Shown here one piece after another: positions 1 to 10,011 of a DNA stretch of 62,694 nucleotides (position 1 is its first letter; each line of letters starts with the position of its first letter). A model generated the notes under the pieces. That model was not told the DNA's origin, searched no databases, and saw nothing but the letters and a program-made list of their open reading frames with translations. The DNA comes from Phycisphaerae bacterium (GTDB taxonomy: Bacteria; Planctomycetota; Phycisphaerae; UBA1845), in contig JAZGDL010000332.1 of assembly GCA_036477795.1 (NCBI GenBank), forward strand, positions 1 through 62,694. The letters run 5' to 3'. The translations under genes were made by a program, and so were the position numbers.

Positions 1-513
1 TCCAAGATCACCCATCAGGAGGCCTTCGGGTTCCAGAGGCGTGACGAGGAAGTGTCCTATACCAAGATGAAGGACATGCTAAAGAAGGAGCTGGAAGACT
101 ACTTCCGCCCGGAGTTCATCAATCGCCTGGACGAGGTGATCGTGTTCAAGAAGCTGACCCACGATGACCTGACCAAGATCATCGATCTGGAGGTAGCCAA
201 GCTGGCCGAGCGGCTGCGCAACAAGGGACTGGAGCTGGAGCTGACCCAGGCAGCCAAGGACTTCTTGATCGAACGCGGCACCGACGAGAAGTTCGGCGCT
301 CGCCCCTTACGCCGGGCCATCGAGCAGTACATCGAGGACTCCCTCTCCGAGTCCATCCTGCGGAACGAGTATGAGGACTGCGACACGGTGGTGGTCGACG
401 CCAAGAAGGGCGAGACCGAGGACGACCTGGCCATGCTGGTCATCAAGGGCGAGAAGCGTTCTCCCGACAAGCCCGAACCCGCCGTAGCCGGCACCGTCGG
501 CGACGCGACGTAG
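1..513 (+). CDS. clpC: ATP-dependent Clp protease ATP-binding subunit, C-terminal part (runs off the window start)
   Basis: Open frame from base 1 with FRPEFINRLDEVIVF and FGARPLRRAIEQ motifs of the Clp/Hsp100 D2 domain. Confidence 0.88.
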   Translation, partial: SKITHQEAFGFQRRDEEVSYTKMKDMLKKELEDYFRPEFINRLDEVIVFKKLTHDDLTKIIDLEVAKLAERLRNKGLELELTQAAKDFLIERGTDEKFGARPLRRAIEQYIEDSLSESILRNEYEDCDTVVVDAKKGETEDDLAMLVIKGEKRSPDKPEPAVAGTVGDAT

Positions 514-541
514 TCCCGCGTCAGCGGGTTTCGCCCCATCT

Positions 542-730
542 CCGAGCCGCGACCGTAAGGGAGCGGGGTTTTGCTCCGTTTCCGAGCCGCGATCGTAAGG
601 GAGCGGGTCTTGCTCCGTTTTCGAGCCGCCGGGTGCCCCATGCCCTCTGGGCGTGGGGAACTGAATTCGATGATAGGATTGCCCTGGTTTGTGATGTCCG
701 TCCCCCACCCTCAGAGAGGGCGGGGCACCC
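542..730. repeat. Cluster of REP-like repeats downstream of clpC
   Basis: CCGAGCCGCGA(C/T)CGTAAGGGAGCGG at 542 and 582 with a partial third copy; inverted pair GGTGCCCCATGCCCTCTGGGCGTGGGGA / GTCCCCCACCCTCAGAGAGGGCGGGGCACCC at about 632-730. Confidence 0.75.
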
Positions 731-834
731 TGCCGATGATCGTGGGCGTGTTCCATCACCAGGGCGGTCTGAGCCTGTATCATCGTATCCCCCATGTCCC
801 AAAGACATGGGCCACCCGTCTTTGTTTCGATTCG

Positions 835-1245
835 TCATTTCAGGTGCTTCGCCTCCCGGTGCATACTTAAGATTTCGGCGCAGAATCCCCACTCGCATGC
901 GTATCGGTCCGCCAGGTCGTTCCTCTGATCCTTGTCTTGGGGGGTCGGTCTTACACGGCACACTGCATAGTCATACGCGTGTGCAAACTCGTGCGCAAGA
1001 ATCCCACGCTGCCCTCTCTCGCTATATGCCCGTGTGTTACGTACGTTAACACCTATGTACTTCTCTTGCGCGCTGAAGTGGGCCGCCGTCCCCCGTTCTT
1101 CAAGCCCCATGAACTCGACACATTCGCAAACCGACTCGATCTGTCTCTGTGCAGGGGCGGGTATGGCTTCAAAAACATCTTGGGCGATCGCCTTGAGGAT
1201 CGCCGTGAGATCTGGAGCAAAGTCGCACGAGTCTTTGTAGCGCAC
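835..1245 (-). CDS. Small HExxH zinc metallopeptidase-like protein
   Basis: GILAHEFAHAYDY motif followed by ADRYA; 136 aa. Confidence 0.55.
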   Translation of the reverse strand: MRYKDSCDFAPDLTAILKAIAQDVFEAIPAPAQRQIESVCECVEFMGLEERGTAAHFSAQEKYIGVNVRNTRAYSERGQRGILAHEFAHAYDYAVCRVRPTPQDKDQRNDLADRYACEWGFCAEILSMHREAKHLK

Positions 1246-1436
1246 AGGTTTATTCTACAAGTCTGTGCCACCATAATCAACACGGGGGGAAGAAAAGGGG
1301 ACATTCTGATTCTTCTTGCTGGAGGTCGGGATGTACGCTACGGTACTGGGATGCCCAGGACCGCGCGAGCGTCGGTCGGCAGCCAGAAAGTAGAAAATTC
1401 CCCCTTTTCTTTTCCGCACCAGAAACGGAGGCACAC

Positions 1437-3032
1437 ATGAATACCGATGACAGAATTGCACAACTGGAACGCGCTATCGCGAATAACGAAAAGAAGAACC
1501 GACACACACGAGTTGTGGCTATCCTGGCAATTCTCGCCGCCAGCATCGCGGGCATTCCGGCATATCTACTGTTGAAAGAACGAGTATCGATGGACCATTC
1601 GTCTCAGGTGGGGTTACAGAAGGTCGCGCAAGTCCAGGATTTGATTAGGGCAAGGCAGATTCAGATTGTGGACGAGGACGGTCGAGCGGTGATAACTCTC
1701 GCTGTGAATGAATCGGCAGGCGAGATCGTCACGTCGAATGCCAAAGGTAAGCCGCTAGTGACGATTACCGCGACCAAGGGTGGTGGCGGCAAAGTCATCA
1801 CGGCGAACGCCGACGGTACGCCAAGGGTGGGCCTTTTCGCAACCGAGAACGGTGGCGCGGTCATCACGTCGAACGCTGATGGCAAGCCTATGGCGATACT
1901 CGGCGCATCCGATTACGGGGGCATCGTCGCCACGTCGAATGCAGAGGGCAACTACTTAGTGAAACTGACCGCAACCGAGAACGGTGGCGCGGTCATCGTG
2001 TCGAACGCTGATGGTAAGCCTATGGCGACACTCGGCGCATCCGAGTACGGCGGCATCGTCGCCACAATCAACGCTAAGGGCAAGGTATTGGTAAAACTTT
2101 TCGCAGTCGAGGACGAGGGCAGGGTCATCACGTCGAACGCTAAGGGCAAGGACTTGGTGAAACTCACCGCAACCGAGGATGGGGACGGCATGGTCATCAC
2201 GTCGAATGCAGAGGGCAAGGACTTGGTGAAACTTCTCGCACTCAAGAACCACGGCGCGGTCTTCACGATGAACGCTGACGGTAACCCGATGGTGACACTC
2301 GGCGCAACCGAGGGCGGGGGCGCGGTCATCGCCTGGAACGCCGAGGGTACGCCGGTGGTGGTGCTCGACTCGGACGCGAAAGGAGCTGGGAGGTTCACCG
2401 CAAACAGTGCTAAGGGCAACCCATTGGTGAAACTTGATGCGTTCGAGGGCGGCGGCACGGTCGTCACGTCGAACGCCAACGGTGTGCCGATGGCGACACT
2501 TGGTGCATTCGAGGGCCACGGGGTGGTCGCGACGTGGAACGCCGAGGGTATACCGGTGGTAATCCTCGACTCGGACCCTGAAGGATCTGGCAAGGTCACC
2601 ACAAGGAGTCCCCAGGGTAAGAACTTGGTGACCCTCACCACGACCGAGGATGGCGGGGGCAAAGTCGTCACAGCGAACACCGACGGTAAGCAAGGGGCGG
2701 TGCTCGGGGCAACCAGGGGCGGGGGCGTGGTCACGACCTTGAACGCCGAGGGTGGGACGGGGGTGATTCTCACCGGAGACGGCACGGTCTCCGTACGTAA
2801 TGCCAAAGGTAAGACGCTAGTGATGATTAGCTCGGAGGAGTTTGGCGGCATGGTCATCACGTCGAACGCTGATGGTAACCCTATGACGGCACTCGGCGCA
2901 TCCGAGTACGGCGGCATGCTCTCCACATCGAACGCTGACGGCAAGCCGATGGCGACGCTCGGCGCAACCGAGTTTGGCGGCATGGTCATCACGTTCGACC
3001 GTAATGGGAGGACTAGAACACTTGGACCGTAG
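1437..3032 (+). CDS. Membrane-anchored protein made of about 23-aa beta-strand repeats
   Basis: GGAGG RBS; N-terminal hydrophobic helix; about 18-19 copies of GGxVITSNADGKPMATLGASE-like units. Confidence 0.85.
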   Translation: MNTDDRIAQLERAIANNEKKNRHTRVVAILAILAASIAGIPAYLLLKERVSMDHSSQVGLQKVAQVQDLIRARQIQIVDEDGRAVITLAVNESAGEIVTSNAKGKPLVTITATKGGGGKVITANADGTPRVGLFATENGGAVITSNADGKPMAILGASDYGGIVATSNAEGNYLVKLTATENGGAVIVSNADGKPMATLGASEYGGIVATINAKGKVLVKLFAVEDEGRVITSNAKGKDLVKLTATEDGDGMVITSNAEGKDLVKLLALKNHGAVFTMNADGNPMVTLGATEGGGAVIAWNAEGTPVVVLDSDAKGAGRFTANSAKGNPLVKLDAFEGGGTVVTSNANGVPMATLGAFEGHGVVATWNAEGIPVVILDSDPEGSGKVTTRSPQGKNLVTLTTTEDGGGKVVTANTDGKQGAVLGATRGGGVVTTLNAEGGTGVILTGDGTVSVRNAKGKTLVMISSEEFGGMVITSNADGNPMTALGASEYGGMLSTSNADGKPMATLGATEFGGMVITFDRNGRTRTLGP

Positions 3033-3063
3033 CCAAAGGATGCGTGGCATGACTGATGGCCGA

Positions 3064-3125
3064 GCAAAATGAGCTGCGTCCCCGTTTCTTCCCGTCGCCT
3101 TTCTTCGCCCGTCCCCGTTTCTTCG
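3064..3125. repeat. GAGCTGCGTCCCC(G/T)TTT repeat family (also 3521-3610 and, in both orientations, 5388-5465)
   Basis: Same 15-20 bp core seen at least six times in intergenic spacers. Confidence 0.75.
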
Positions 3126-3250
3126 TGCGGGGTTGTCGGGTCGCCAGGTGCGGACGGCCCTTGAACGCGCCGGCTTCGACAGCGACGTAATTGGGCGTTT
3201 ATATCTGCCACGGGCGGTCGTATAATACGATGTGATGTGGAGAACTGCTG

Positions 3251-3496
3251 ATGCGTCCCGAAGACATTCTTGAAATCCTCCGATCCAGCCCCTTTGAGCC
3301 GTTTCGGGTTTATCTGACGGATGGGGCGGTATACAAGATTCGGCATCCCGACATGGCCATCGTCCAGAGGTCAAAGGTGATGGTGGCGGTGCCGGGACCG
3401 GAGGGACCCGATGGGCCGGCCGAACGTACCGTAAACTGCGCGCTGACTCACATCACGCGCACCGAACTGCTGAATGGCGAGAGCGAGCCCGGCTAG
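3251..3496 (+). CDS. Small conserved hypothetical protein (PFxPFxxxLxDG family)
   Basis: GGAG RBS; PFEPFRVYLTDG..IRHPD pattern; a related gene lies at 10012-10182. Confidence 0.75.
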   Translation: MRPEDILEILRSSPFEPFRVYLTDGAVYKIRHPDMAIVQRSKVMVAVPGPEGPDGPAERTVNCALTHITRTELLNGESEPG

Positions 3497-3789
3497 GTCG
3501 ACCGCGTGGCCCGGATCCTGTGCGAAACAATGAGCTGCGTGCGAAACAATGAGCTGCGTCCCCTTTTCTCCCTTGAGCTGCGTCCCCTTTTCTCCCTTTC
3601 TCCCCCCTTTTCTCCCCCCGAGATGGACCCGTCAAGAAATAGGTGACCGTCCCCAATTTTCACACATTTTCAGTTTTCCAAGAACGCGGTCGGGCCAGTG
3701 GTGGTGGGGGGTCCGCCGCTGATCGCCTCCGCATCTGCCAACTCGTCCTGCTCTTCAAGCACCAGCAACACGCCACAAGTACCTTCCAG

Positions 3790-3984
3790 TTACTTCCGAA
3801 GCTTTCGGAGTAGGCCGACAAGAATCGCCAAAGAGATTAGAGCAATCAAAACCATAACCGCGCAATAGCCCGCGAACAGGAGCGGGTCATCGTCCCATGT
3901 TTTAGGGGGTCTGGGGGTATACACGGCCGCCAGCAGCTTCCACACCATTTTTAATCTCCGTTCTATTAAATAGCGGGCAGTCAT
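3790..3984 (-). CDS. Small membrane protein
   Basis: 64 aa with one long hydrophobic helix and a basic C-terminus. Confidence 0.4.
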   Translation of the reverse strand: MTARYLIERRLKMVWKLLAAVYTPRPPKTWDDDPLLFAGYCAVMVLIALISLAILVGLLRKLRK

Positions 3985-4112
3985 CTATTTGTGATTCTGC
4001 TTCGGGCCACTCTTGGCCTTTTTGAGTGCCGAGGTGGAAAAGGTGTCATGATGAATTTCTTGATATCATGAGCGGCCTTGGTAGGATTGATCAAAAATCA
4101 TCCCGACACCTT

Positions 4113-4490
4113 TTACTTCTCCGAAACACCATCGGCTTCGTGTTTGGCGGTGCGTTCGTCGTACCAATGACACTTGGGGCAACGAAAGGCGATGGCGGTA
4201 GTAGGGCTGAGCCGATCATTCGGCCATCCCGCGCCCGGCCCCTCGCGGCTTAGGGGTGTATAGAGGCCTTGCGGAACGCAAGCCGGGCAGAATGGCTGCT
4301 TTTGATCTTCTGGGTTCAGCCGCCCCCAATAGATGCCATGAATGAGCTTTAGGTCCTGCGGTCTAGGCGGCTCAGTTTGCTTGAGCTCACCGACCTGGTT
4401 CTCAAGGTCCCTGAGGCGACGGACGAGTTGGAATACGCCGATCATCCAAGCGACGGTTCCTCGGCACATGTTCCAAAACTTGTCGATCAC
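4113..4490 (-). CDS. Hypothetical protein with a CxxC...CxxC zinc-ribbon-like motif
   Basis: FCPAC and RCPKC motifs; N-terminal coiled-coil-like segment. Confidence 0.55.
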   Translation of the reverse strand: MIDKFWNMCRGTVAWMIGVFQLVRRLRDLENQVGELKQTEPPRPQDLKLIHGIYWGRLNPEDQKQPFCPACVPQGLYTPLSREGPGAGWPNDRLSPTTAIAFRCPKCHWYDERTAKHEADGVSEK

Positions 4491-4674
4491 GCCATCATAC
4501 TAGCGGAACGGAATGGATTTAGATAGCTGTAAGCGGATTCGCCAGCGGGAGGTGCGCTTCCTTGAGTCGACCGTTCCAGCGCAGTAGGATTTGTCGGTGA
4601 GAGGCGGGGACGCGACTTGTCGACAGCGTAGGTTTCGCGCGGAATCCTCGGCCGGGCGTGCAGGGAAAAGGACG

Positions 4675-5343
4675 ATGGAAAGCAAAACGGTTGCAGATAA
4701 ACAATCGCGTCGCAGAATGGGCCCTGTTTGGGCGGGCTTATTGATTGGAGTTGGGATTCTGCTTGCATTCGCGGCTTGCACGCACCGTAGAGGAGCGGCT
4801 CCCGTTCACTCGGGGCCACTCTTGGCCGATAGCGGCACGTCGAGGAGGGATTCCCCCGTGAAGGTCCAGCAAGCCCGATCGCGAGAACTCACTTCAAACG
4901 AGATTCAGCGTATACGGGAGATCATGGTCGCGGCCATGCAGGACCCCGAGGCGGATATTGAGTCACTGAGGACTGAGCTATGGGGCATGGTGCCAAACGA
5001 GGATTCCGAGGCATTCTCTCAGGCACGCGATGTCGTTGTTGGTGTTGGTGCAGTATCTCAGCAACTGTTTTGGCAAGACGCTAAATGGGCGTATACGCAA
5101 GGTCGACCGTTCAAATCAGGCAACCGCGAAAAGCTCGAGCAACGGCTTAACGGCGCTGGGCTAATGACCGAATTCCAAATCCGGCAGAACGAGGCGACCA
5201 TTCGTAAGATTGCAGAGCGTGAGCCGATTCTCTTGCAAGGTGAATTAGTGGTCGTTGATGAGGAATTGATTGACGCGGTTCTCGCGAGCGTGGACGAGGT
5301 GATGAAAAGGTTCAATACACTCCTGACTCCGCCGAACGAGTGA
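4675..5343 (+). CDS. Hypothetical exported or lipoprotein
   Basis: ATG at 4675 after AAGGA; basic residues then a hydrophobic helix ending FAAC. Confidence 0.65.
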   Translation: MESKTVADKQSRRRMGPVWAGLLIGVGILLAFAACTHRRGAAPVHSGPLLADSGTSRRDSPVKVQQARSRELTSNEIQRIREIMVAAMQDPEADIESLRTELWGMVPNEDSEAFSQARDVVVGVGAVSQQLFWQDAKWAYTQGRPFKSGNREKLEQRLNGAGLMTEFQIRQNEATIRKIAEREPILLQGELVVVDEELIDAVLASVDEVMKRFNTLLTPPNE

Positions 5344-5582
5344 TTAACGAGCCAGAAAGGAAAAAGCGGGAAAGGAAAAGGAGGGAAAAACGGGGACGCA
5401 GCTCGTTTCCGCACGCGGCGCCGAGCAAAACGAGCTGCGTCCCCGTTTCTTCGCCCCCCGTTTCTTCGCGTTTCTTCGCTTAGGTGACTGTCCCCTATTG
5501 TCGTCCAAACGAGCCCCCCGCAGGGTTGACCCCTTTTTGGCCAGCCTGTGAACAACGGAACTAGCCGTAACTGATCGTTCCG

Positions 5583-6155
5583 TCACCGCCTTCGTTCAGG
5601 TTGAATGCTCGGAGGAGAACTTGCGTACGGATTGTTCGCACTGTTGGGGCTATACCGGCTCCCGTATTGTCCATAGGGATTGTTGACGCTGGTTGGTGAA
5701 TACCTGCTGCCGTAGACACCGTAGGGGTTCGAGATCGAGTCTGGGTCGTAAGGATTCGCACTGAGTTTGCCGAGATACGTGCCGTCCGGTGCGTATATAC
5801 GGGGTGTGTCGAATGCGTACGGATTGTTCGCACTGTTGGGGCTATACCGGCTCCCGTATTGTCCATAGGGATTGTTGACGCTGGTTGGTGAATACCTGCT
5901 GCCGTAGACACCGTAGGGGTTCGAGGTCGAGTCTGGGTCGTAAGGATTCGCACTGAGTTTCCCGAGATACGTGCCGTCCGGCGATGTCGCCCGGTTTGAA
6001 GAGAACGGGGTCATCAGTATTTGCGAAGATGGATATGGAGGGATTCTGTATTGACGTTGCTGGGAATGTTCCCAATAGCCACCTTGACGAAAACACCCTA
6101 CCGAACAGGTGACGAGAAATGCTACGGTAAGAATGAGGGCTCGAACGTCGGACAT
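5583..6155 (-). CDS. Putative lipoprotein with two near-identical NPYGxYGS-rich repeats
   Basis: GGAGG RBS; SVGC lipobox-like motif; DNA direct repeat 5623-5789 / 5815-5981 (192-bp period). Confidence 0.8.
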   Translation of the reverse strand: MSDVRALILTVAFLVTCSVGCFRQGGYWEHSQQRQYRIPPYPSSQILMTPFSSNRATSPDGTYLGKLSANPYDPDSTSNPYGVYGSRYSPTSVNNPYGQYGSRYSPNSANNPYAFDTPRIYAPDGTYLGKLSANPYDPDSISNPYGVYGSRYSPTSVNNPYGQYGSRYSPNSANNPYASSPPSIQPERRR

Positions 6156-6215
6156 GGCAGGCCTCCTCAGCGGTAACTCACCGCATCATTTCACCGGCCA
6201 GCAAGCCCAAACAGT

Positions 6216-6590
6216 TTATCCTTCCTCGTCGTGCACACAAGCGCTTAACCGGAAAAAAATTTGGGCAAATTTCCGAAACCCTAACCTCTTGCGGGAACGG
6301 CAGTTACGACAGAAAATCGATTTGAGTATTCGGGGGACACACACTTTATCTCCCGCCCGACCGACCGGCCCCGGGGAAGCCGTCCGGTCCTCGTGAAGGA
6401 TCGGGAGTCGACGTCGACGGCAACAGCGGGACCAACTCGCGGTCCTGGCCTTGGGAATCTCTGTGACCTTCATCCCGTACTCTCGGGGGACCGCTTCGCT
6501 TACCTGCCGGGCCTGCTCGGCGAGCTTGCGGATGTCGTGCCCCGCTTCGGCGTCGATTGTCGCCCGGATGGCCCGCACTTCATCAACCAC
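6216..6590 (-). pseudogene. Small hypothetical (VDEVRAIR-type) gene, probably truncated or frameshifted
   Basis: Plausible helical N-terminal half, then runs into repeat sequence; its 3' part is duplicated at 9807-9888. Confidence 0.4.
6325..6477. repeat. Direct repeat, copy 1 (copy 2 at 9763-9888), bracketing a three-gene block
   Basis: AAGGATCGGGAGTCGACGTCGACGGCAACAGCGGGA...TGTGACCTTCATCCCG (82 bp) is nearly identical at 6396 and 9807, each preceded by AGTATTCGGGGG..CAC..TATCTCCC. Confidence 0.85.
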
Positions 6591-6611
6591 CGATTCGCCG
6601 GGACCGCCGTT

Positions 6612-7088
6612 TCAGTTGTCCAGCGCCCCCTGGTCGATCCAGTCGCGGATGGTGGCTATCCGTGCGTCGCTCAGGGGCACCAGTTGGAACGGCATGCGGC
6701 TGCCGACCGGCGGGCTGTCGGAACTGATCTTCAGGAACAGCAGACTCGACGCCGAATCGCCCGGCTGTACGAAAGACAGGCTCTGGTCCTGCACGCTGTT
6801 GTTATTGAGCAGCATGTCGAACGCCAGGTCCTCGACGAGTCGCAGCGCAATCCCCGCCTGGTCTGCGATGCCGCCGTCTCGGTGACAGGTGGCGCAGACC
6901 GATGTCAGGATCGGCAGAACGTCCGCGGAGAACGAGACCGCAGCGCCCTGGGGGCCATCCTCCGCGTCCGTGCCCTGATCCGGACTTGCCATGTCGAGGT
7001 TCCCTCGGCAGGCCGTGCCCAATACCATCATGACCGCGCCCAGCACCAGCGTGGCCGTGAATCCGATCCGGGTCGAGAGTGATGTCAC
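6612..7088 (-). CDS. Lipoprotein monoheme cytochrome c (planctomycete-type)
   Basis: LGTAC lipobox; CATCH; distal RMP and IRDWIDQGA. Confidence 0.85.
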   Translation of the reverse strand: MTSLSTRIGFTATLVLGAVMMVLGTACRGNLDMASPDQGTDAEDGPQGAAVSFSADVLPILTSVCATCHRDGGIADQAGIALRLVEDLAFDMLLNNNSVQDQSLSFVQPGDSASSLLFLKISSDSPPVGSRMPFQLVPLSDARIATIRDWIDQGALDN

Positions 7089-7105
7089 TTGAGTCGCTCC
7101 TTATT

Positions 7106-7852
7106 CTATTCCAATCGTTCCTTCGCGGCGCCAGCGGCGTCCCCATTGCGGTGCGCCGATGGGACCGAATCCGCTTTGCGCTCGAGGTATTTCAAGGGAA
7201 AGTGTTCATGGAAGCCCCGCGTGTCCGACAGATCGACTTTGAACTCGTACACCTGGTGACTGTCGCCCTGGCCCTCTTGCGGAATCATGCAGATGGCGCG
7301 GCTATTGTGGCAGGAAAGGCAGACCTCACGAGTAACGATTCTGCGTCCCGCAGCGAGGACCTCCTCCCGTCGATATGCACGCTGCGTCAAGATGATTTCC
7401 TGCATCACCACAACAAAGCCGCTGCCGGGGCCATGGCACGACTCGCACCCGACGCCCTCGCGTACGGCCGCGCGCCGCAGGGCTCGACCGTCCGCGAGGT
7501 CGGGAACGGAGTAGCCGCCGGGCTTGCCGAACCCGACGGTGTGACACCTGAGGCATCGCGGGTCCGTGGTGTAGTCCACGCTGACGTCCAGTCCGGCCTT
7601 TCGTTTCACCATGACCCCCACACCTGGTTTCAGCGCCTCAAATGCTCGGGATTTGGAGGAGCGCAGCCACGATTTATACCACGCCGTGTGGCACATCCGA
7701 CACCGCTTGGTACCGACGTACTCATACTCGGATCTCTGCTCGAACGCCGCCGCCGTGGAAGGGACCGAATCATTGGATGGCTCTTGAGCGAGACCCGCCG
7801 CGCAACCCAGCAGGACCGCCGGACAGGCCACGCGAAGCCGGCTCACGACCAT
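7106..7852 (-). CDS. Tetraheme cytochrome c (c554/c552-like)
   Basis: YVGTKRCRMCH, CLRCH, GVGCESCHGPGS and CLSCH. Confidence 0.88.
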   Translation of the reverse strand: MVVSRLRVACPAVLLGCAAGLAQEPSNDSVPSTAAAFEQRSEYEYVGTKRCRMCHTAWYKSWLRSSKSRAFEALKPGVGVMVKRKAGLDVSVDYTTDPRCLRCHTVGFGKPGGYSVPDLADGRALRRAAVREGVGCESCHGPGSGFVVVMQEIILTQRAYRREEVLAAGRRIVTREVCLSCHNSRAICMIPQEGQGDSHQVYEFKVDLSDTRGFHEHFPLKYLERKADSVPSAHRNGDAAGAAKERLE

Positions 7853-9541
7853 CTATGGCGCCCCACCGGGCGGGCGGCGGGTTCGCCCCCGTCTCCGGCG
7901 CATCGCACGAAATCCCGCGAGACCGCTGAAGATACACAGGAACGTGATCATCCCAAACAGCCCGCAGAAGAATTGCAGCAGGCTTGGCGTTGGAACGTCC
8001 AAGACGTCATCCTCGGGGAGTGGCGCCGGGGCGGTTTCGTCGATCATCTCCGCCTGGGCCTCGCTACAGCCATTGCCGTCAACCGGCTCCCCCAGCGGCG
8101 TATCCGAACACTGATCGAGATCGTCGGATACCCCGTCACCGTCCTCGTCGGACAATGACATCGAATTGTCATCCCCTCCGTTGACATTCGCCGGGCCGCT
8201 CTGGTCATCTCCGTTTTGCCCGTCCTCCTCGCCGGTATCCGGATCATTGCCGTTGTCATTGCCTTCGACGACCCCATCGGTCGGCGCGCAACCCTCGATG
8301 GGCGCAAAAACACAGACGCCGTTGCTGCACGCGTCGTCAGTGCACTCATCACCGTCATCACAGGCATTGGCCGTGGTGCAGTGCGTGCAGTCGGCAATGA
8401 GTACGTGCACGCACTTGTTCTCGACGCAACCGTCATCGGTGCACGCGTTGGCATCATCGCAGTCGTCCTCTTGAACGCAGCAATCGGAAATCGGCGCGTG
8501 GTTACATGTGCCGTTCACACAAGTGTCCGCGGTGCACGGGTCCCCGTCGCCACAGTCGATGGGGGCCCCGGCGCAGACACCGCCGGAGCACACGTCTCCG
8601 GTCGTACAGGTGTCGCCGTCGACGCACGACGCGGTGTTGTTTGTGTGTTCGCAGACGTTGACGTTGCACACGTCATCCGTACAGACGTTGCCATCCTGGC
8701 AGTCACCGTCTTGAACGCAGCAGTTGGGTATCGCCGCGTGGTCGCAGTTGCCGTTCGCACAAGTGTCTGCGGTGCACGTGTTCCCGTCGTCACAGTCGAT
8801 GGGGGCTCCGGCGCAGACACCGCCGGAGCACACGTCCCCGGTCGTACAGGAGTTCCCGTCGTCGCACGACGCGGTGTTGTTGGTGTGTCCGCAGACGTTG
8901 CCGTTGCACACGTCATCCGTACAGACGTTGCCATCCTGGCAGTCGCCGTCTTGAACACAGCAGTCGGGTATCACCGTGTGGTCGCAGGCGTTGTTCACGC
9001 AAGCGTCCGTCGTACAGGGGTTTGTGTCGTCACACTCGCCGTCCGTCACGCAGCAACCCTCGATGGCGTTGTTCTGGCAATTGCCCGATACGCACACGTC
9101 CTGCGTGCACGCGTCGCCGTCGTCGCAGTCGCTGTGCGTGGTGCATCCGCCAGCCTGCACCGTGATCGAGCCGACCATGTTCACGCTGGCATGGACGATG
9201 CAGAAGTAGGGATACACGTTGCCGGGCATCGGTTTGGCAGCGAGAAACGCCGCATCAAACGTGAGCTCGAACGTGGTTCCGGGGGCGCTGGTCGGATCAC
9301 CGGACCGGAAGTTGCCGTCGTGGGCCCCGACGCTCCCTTGGACGACGCCGCTTTCCACGTTGTGAAGGCCGCTTAGCCATTGCCAGTGAACCGTATCGCC
9401 CACGTTGATCGTCCGATCGGTCGGTGTGAAACTAATTCCGGCCAGATCGACGGTGTGCGTCGTTTGGGCCGGCGCCGGCCCGGCAATGGTCAAGAGGCTA
9501 CCCGTCACAACCGCGATGCCGATGCCTGTGGAACGATTCAT
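7853..9541 (-). CDS. Secreted cupredoxin (plastocyanin-like) domain + Cys-rich CDDGxxCTxDxC repeats + acidic TSP3-like segment + C-terminal membrane anchor
   Basis: Signal peptide; HNV ... YFCIVHASVNMVG type 1 Cu ligands; DEDGDGVSDDLDQC; hydrophobic helix followed by RRRR. Confidence 0.85.
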   Translation of the reverse strand: MNRSTGIGIAVVTGSLLTIAGPAPAQTTHTVDLAGISFTPTDRTINVGDTVHWQWLSGLHNVESGVVQGSVGAHDGNFRSGDPTSAPGTTFELTFDAAFLAAKPMPGNVYPYFCIVHASVNMVGSITVQAGGCTTHSDCDDGDACTQDVCVSGNCQNNAIEGCCVTDGECDDTNPCTTDACVNNACDHTVIPDCCVQDGDCQDGNVCTDDVCNGNVCGHTNNTASCDDGNSCTTGDVCSGGVCAGAPIDCDDGNTCTADTCANGNCDHAAIPNCCVQDGDCQDGNVCTDDVCNVNVCEHTNNTASCVDGDTCTTGDVCSGGVCAGAPIDCGDGDPCTADTCVNGTCNHAPISDCCVQEDDCDDANACTDDGCVENKCVHVLIADCTHCTTANACDDGDECTDDACSNGVCVFAPIEGCAPTDGVVEGNDNGNDPDTGEEDGQNGDDQSGPANVNGGDDNSMSLSDEDGDGVSDDLDQCSDTPLGEPVDGNGCSEAQAEMIDETAPAPLPEDDVLDVPTPSLLQFFCGLFGMITFLCIFSGLAGFRAMRRRRGRTRRPPGGAP

Positions 9542-10011
9542 CCTGCGCTGTCCTTTCCGTGGAGCCGCGCCCTCGCGCCGGCTAGACTGCCATGGCGGTA
9601 ATGACGGACGGCTGCCGGCGCCGCTTCTTTCGATGGCCCGCGGTGCCTCCCGTGCTTCGCTTTCGTGCGGATGCGGTATCGCCACTCCGGCTATACCTAA
9701 TGCTAACTAACCAGCTAACCGTGCGGACGCGGTTTCTATTCCAAACAAATCAAAGTATTCGAAGTATTCGGGGGGCACACTCTCTATCTCCCTCCCGGCC
9801 CTGGTTAAGGATCGGGAGTCGACGTCGACGGCAACAGCGGGATCAACTCGCGATGCCGGCCTTGGGAATTTCTGTGACCTTCATCCCGGAGGAAGAAAAG
9901 GGGGGCCAGCTCTCTTGGGAGGGTCAAAGGACCGCATGGGGGGTCATGCTTACTTACCAATCGCCCCCAGGGCGCCCTGCCGTTGGGTCCATCGGGTGAA
10001 ATCCGCATGGT

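Noticed and set aside
542-632. Possible CRISPR or tRNA-like repeats after clpC
   Set aside because: 40-bp tandem units with near-identical spacers and no cloverleaf; fits a REP cluster
1952-3346. Long antisense and alternate-frame ORFs (also 28138-29304, 30138-31742, 37851-39386, 60384-61520)
   Set aside because: These are shadow ORFs of GC-rich genes with no motifs; the opposite strand carries the recognisable protein
7106-7852. Evidence for anammox or ammonia oxidation from the c554-like cytochrome
   Set aside because: No HAO, HZS or AMO genes are in the window and this cytochrome family is widespread
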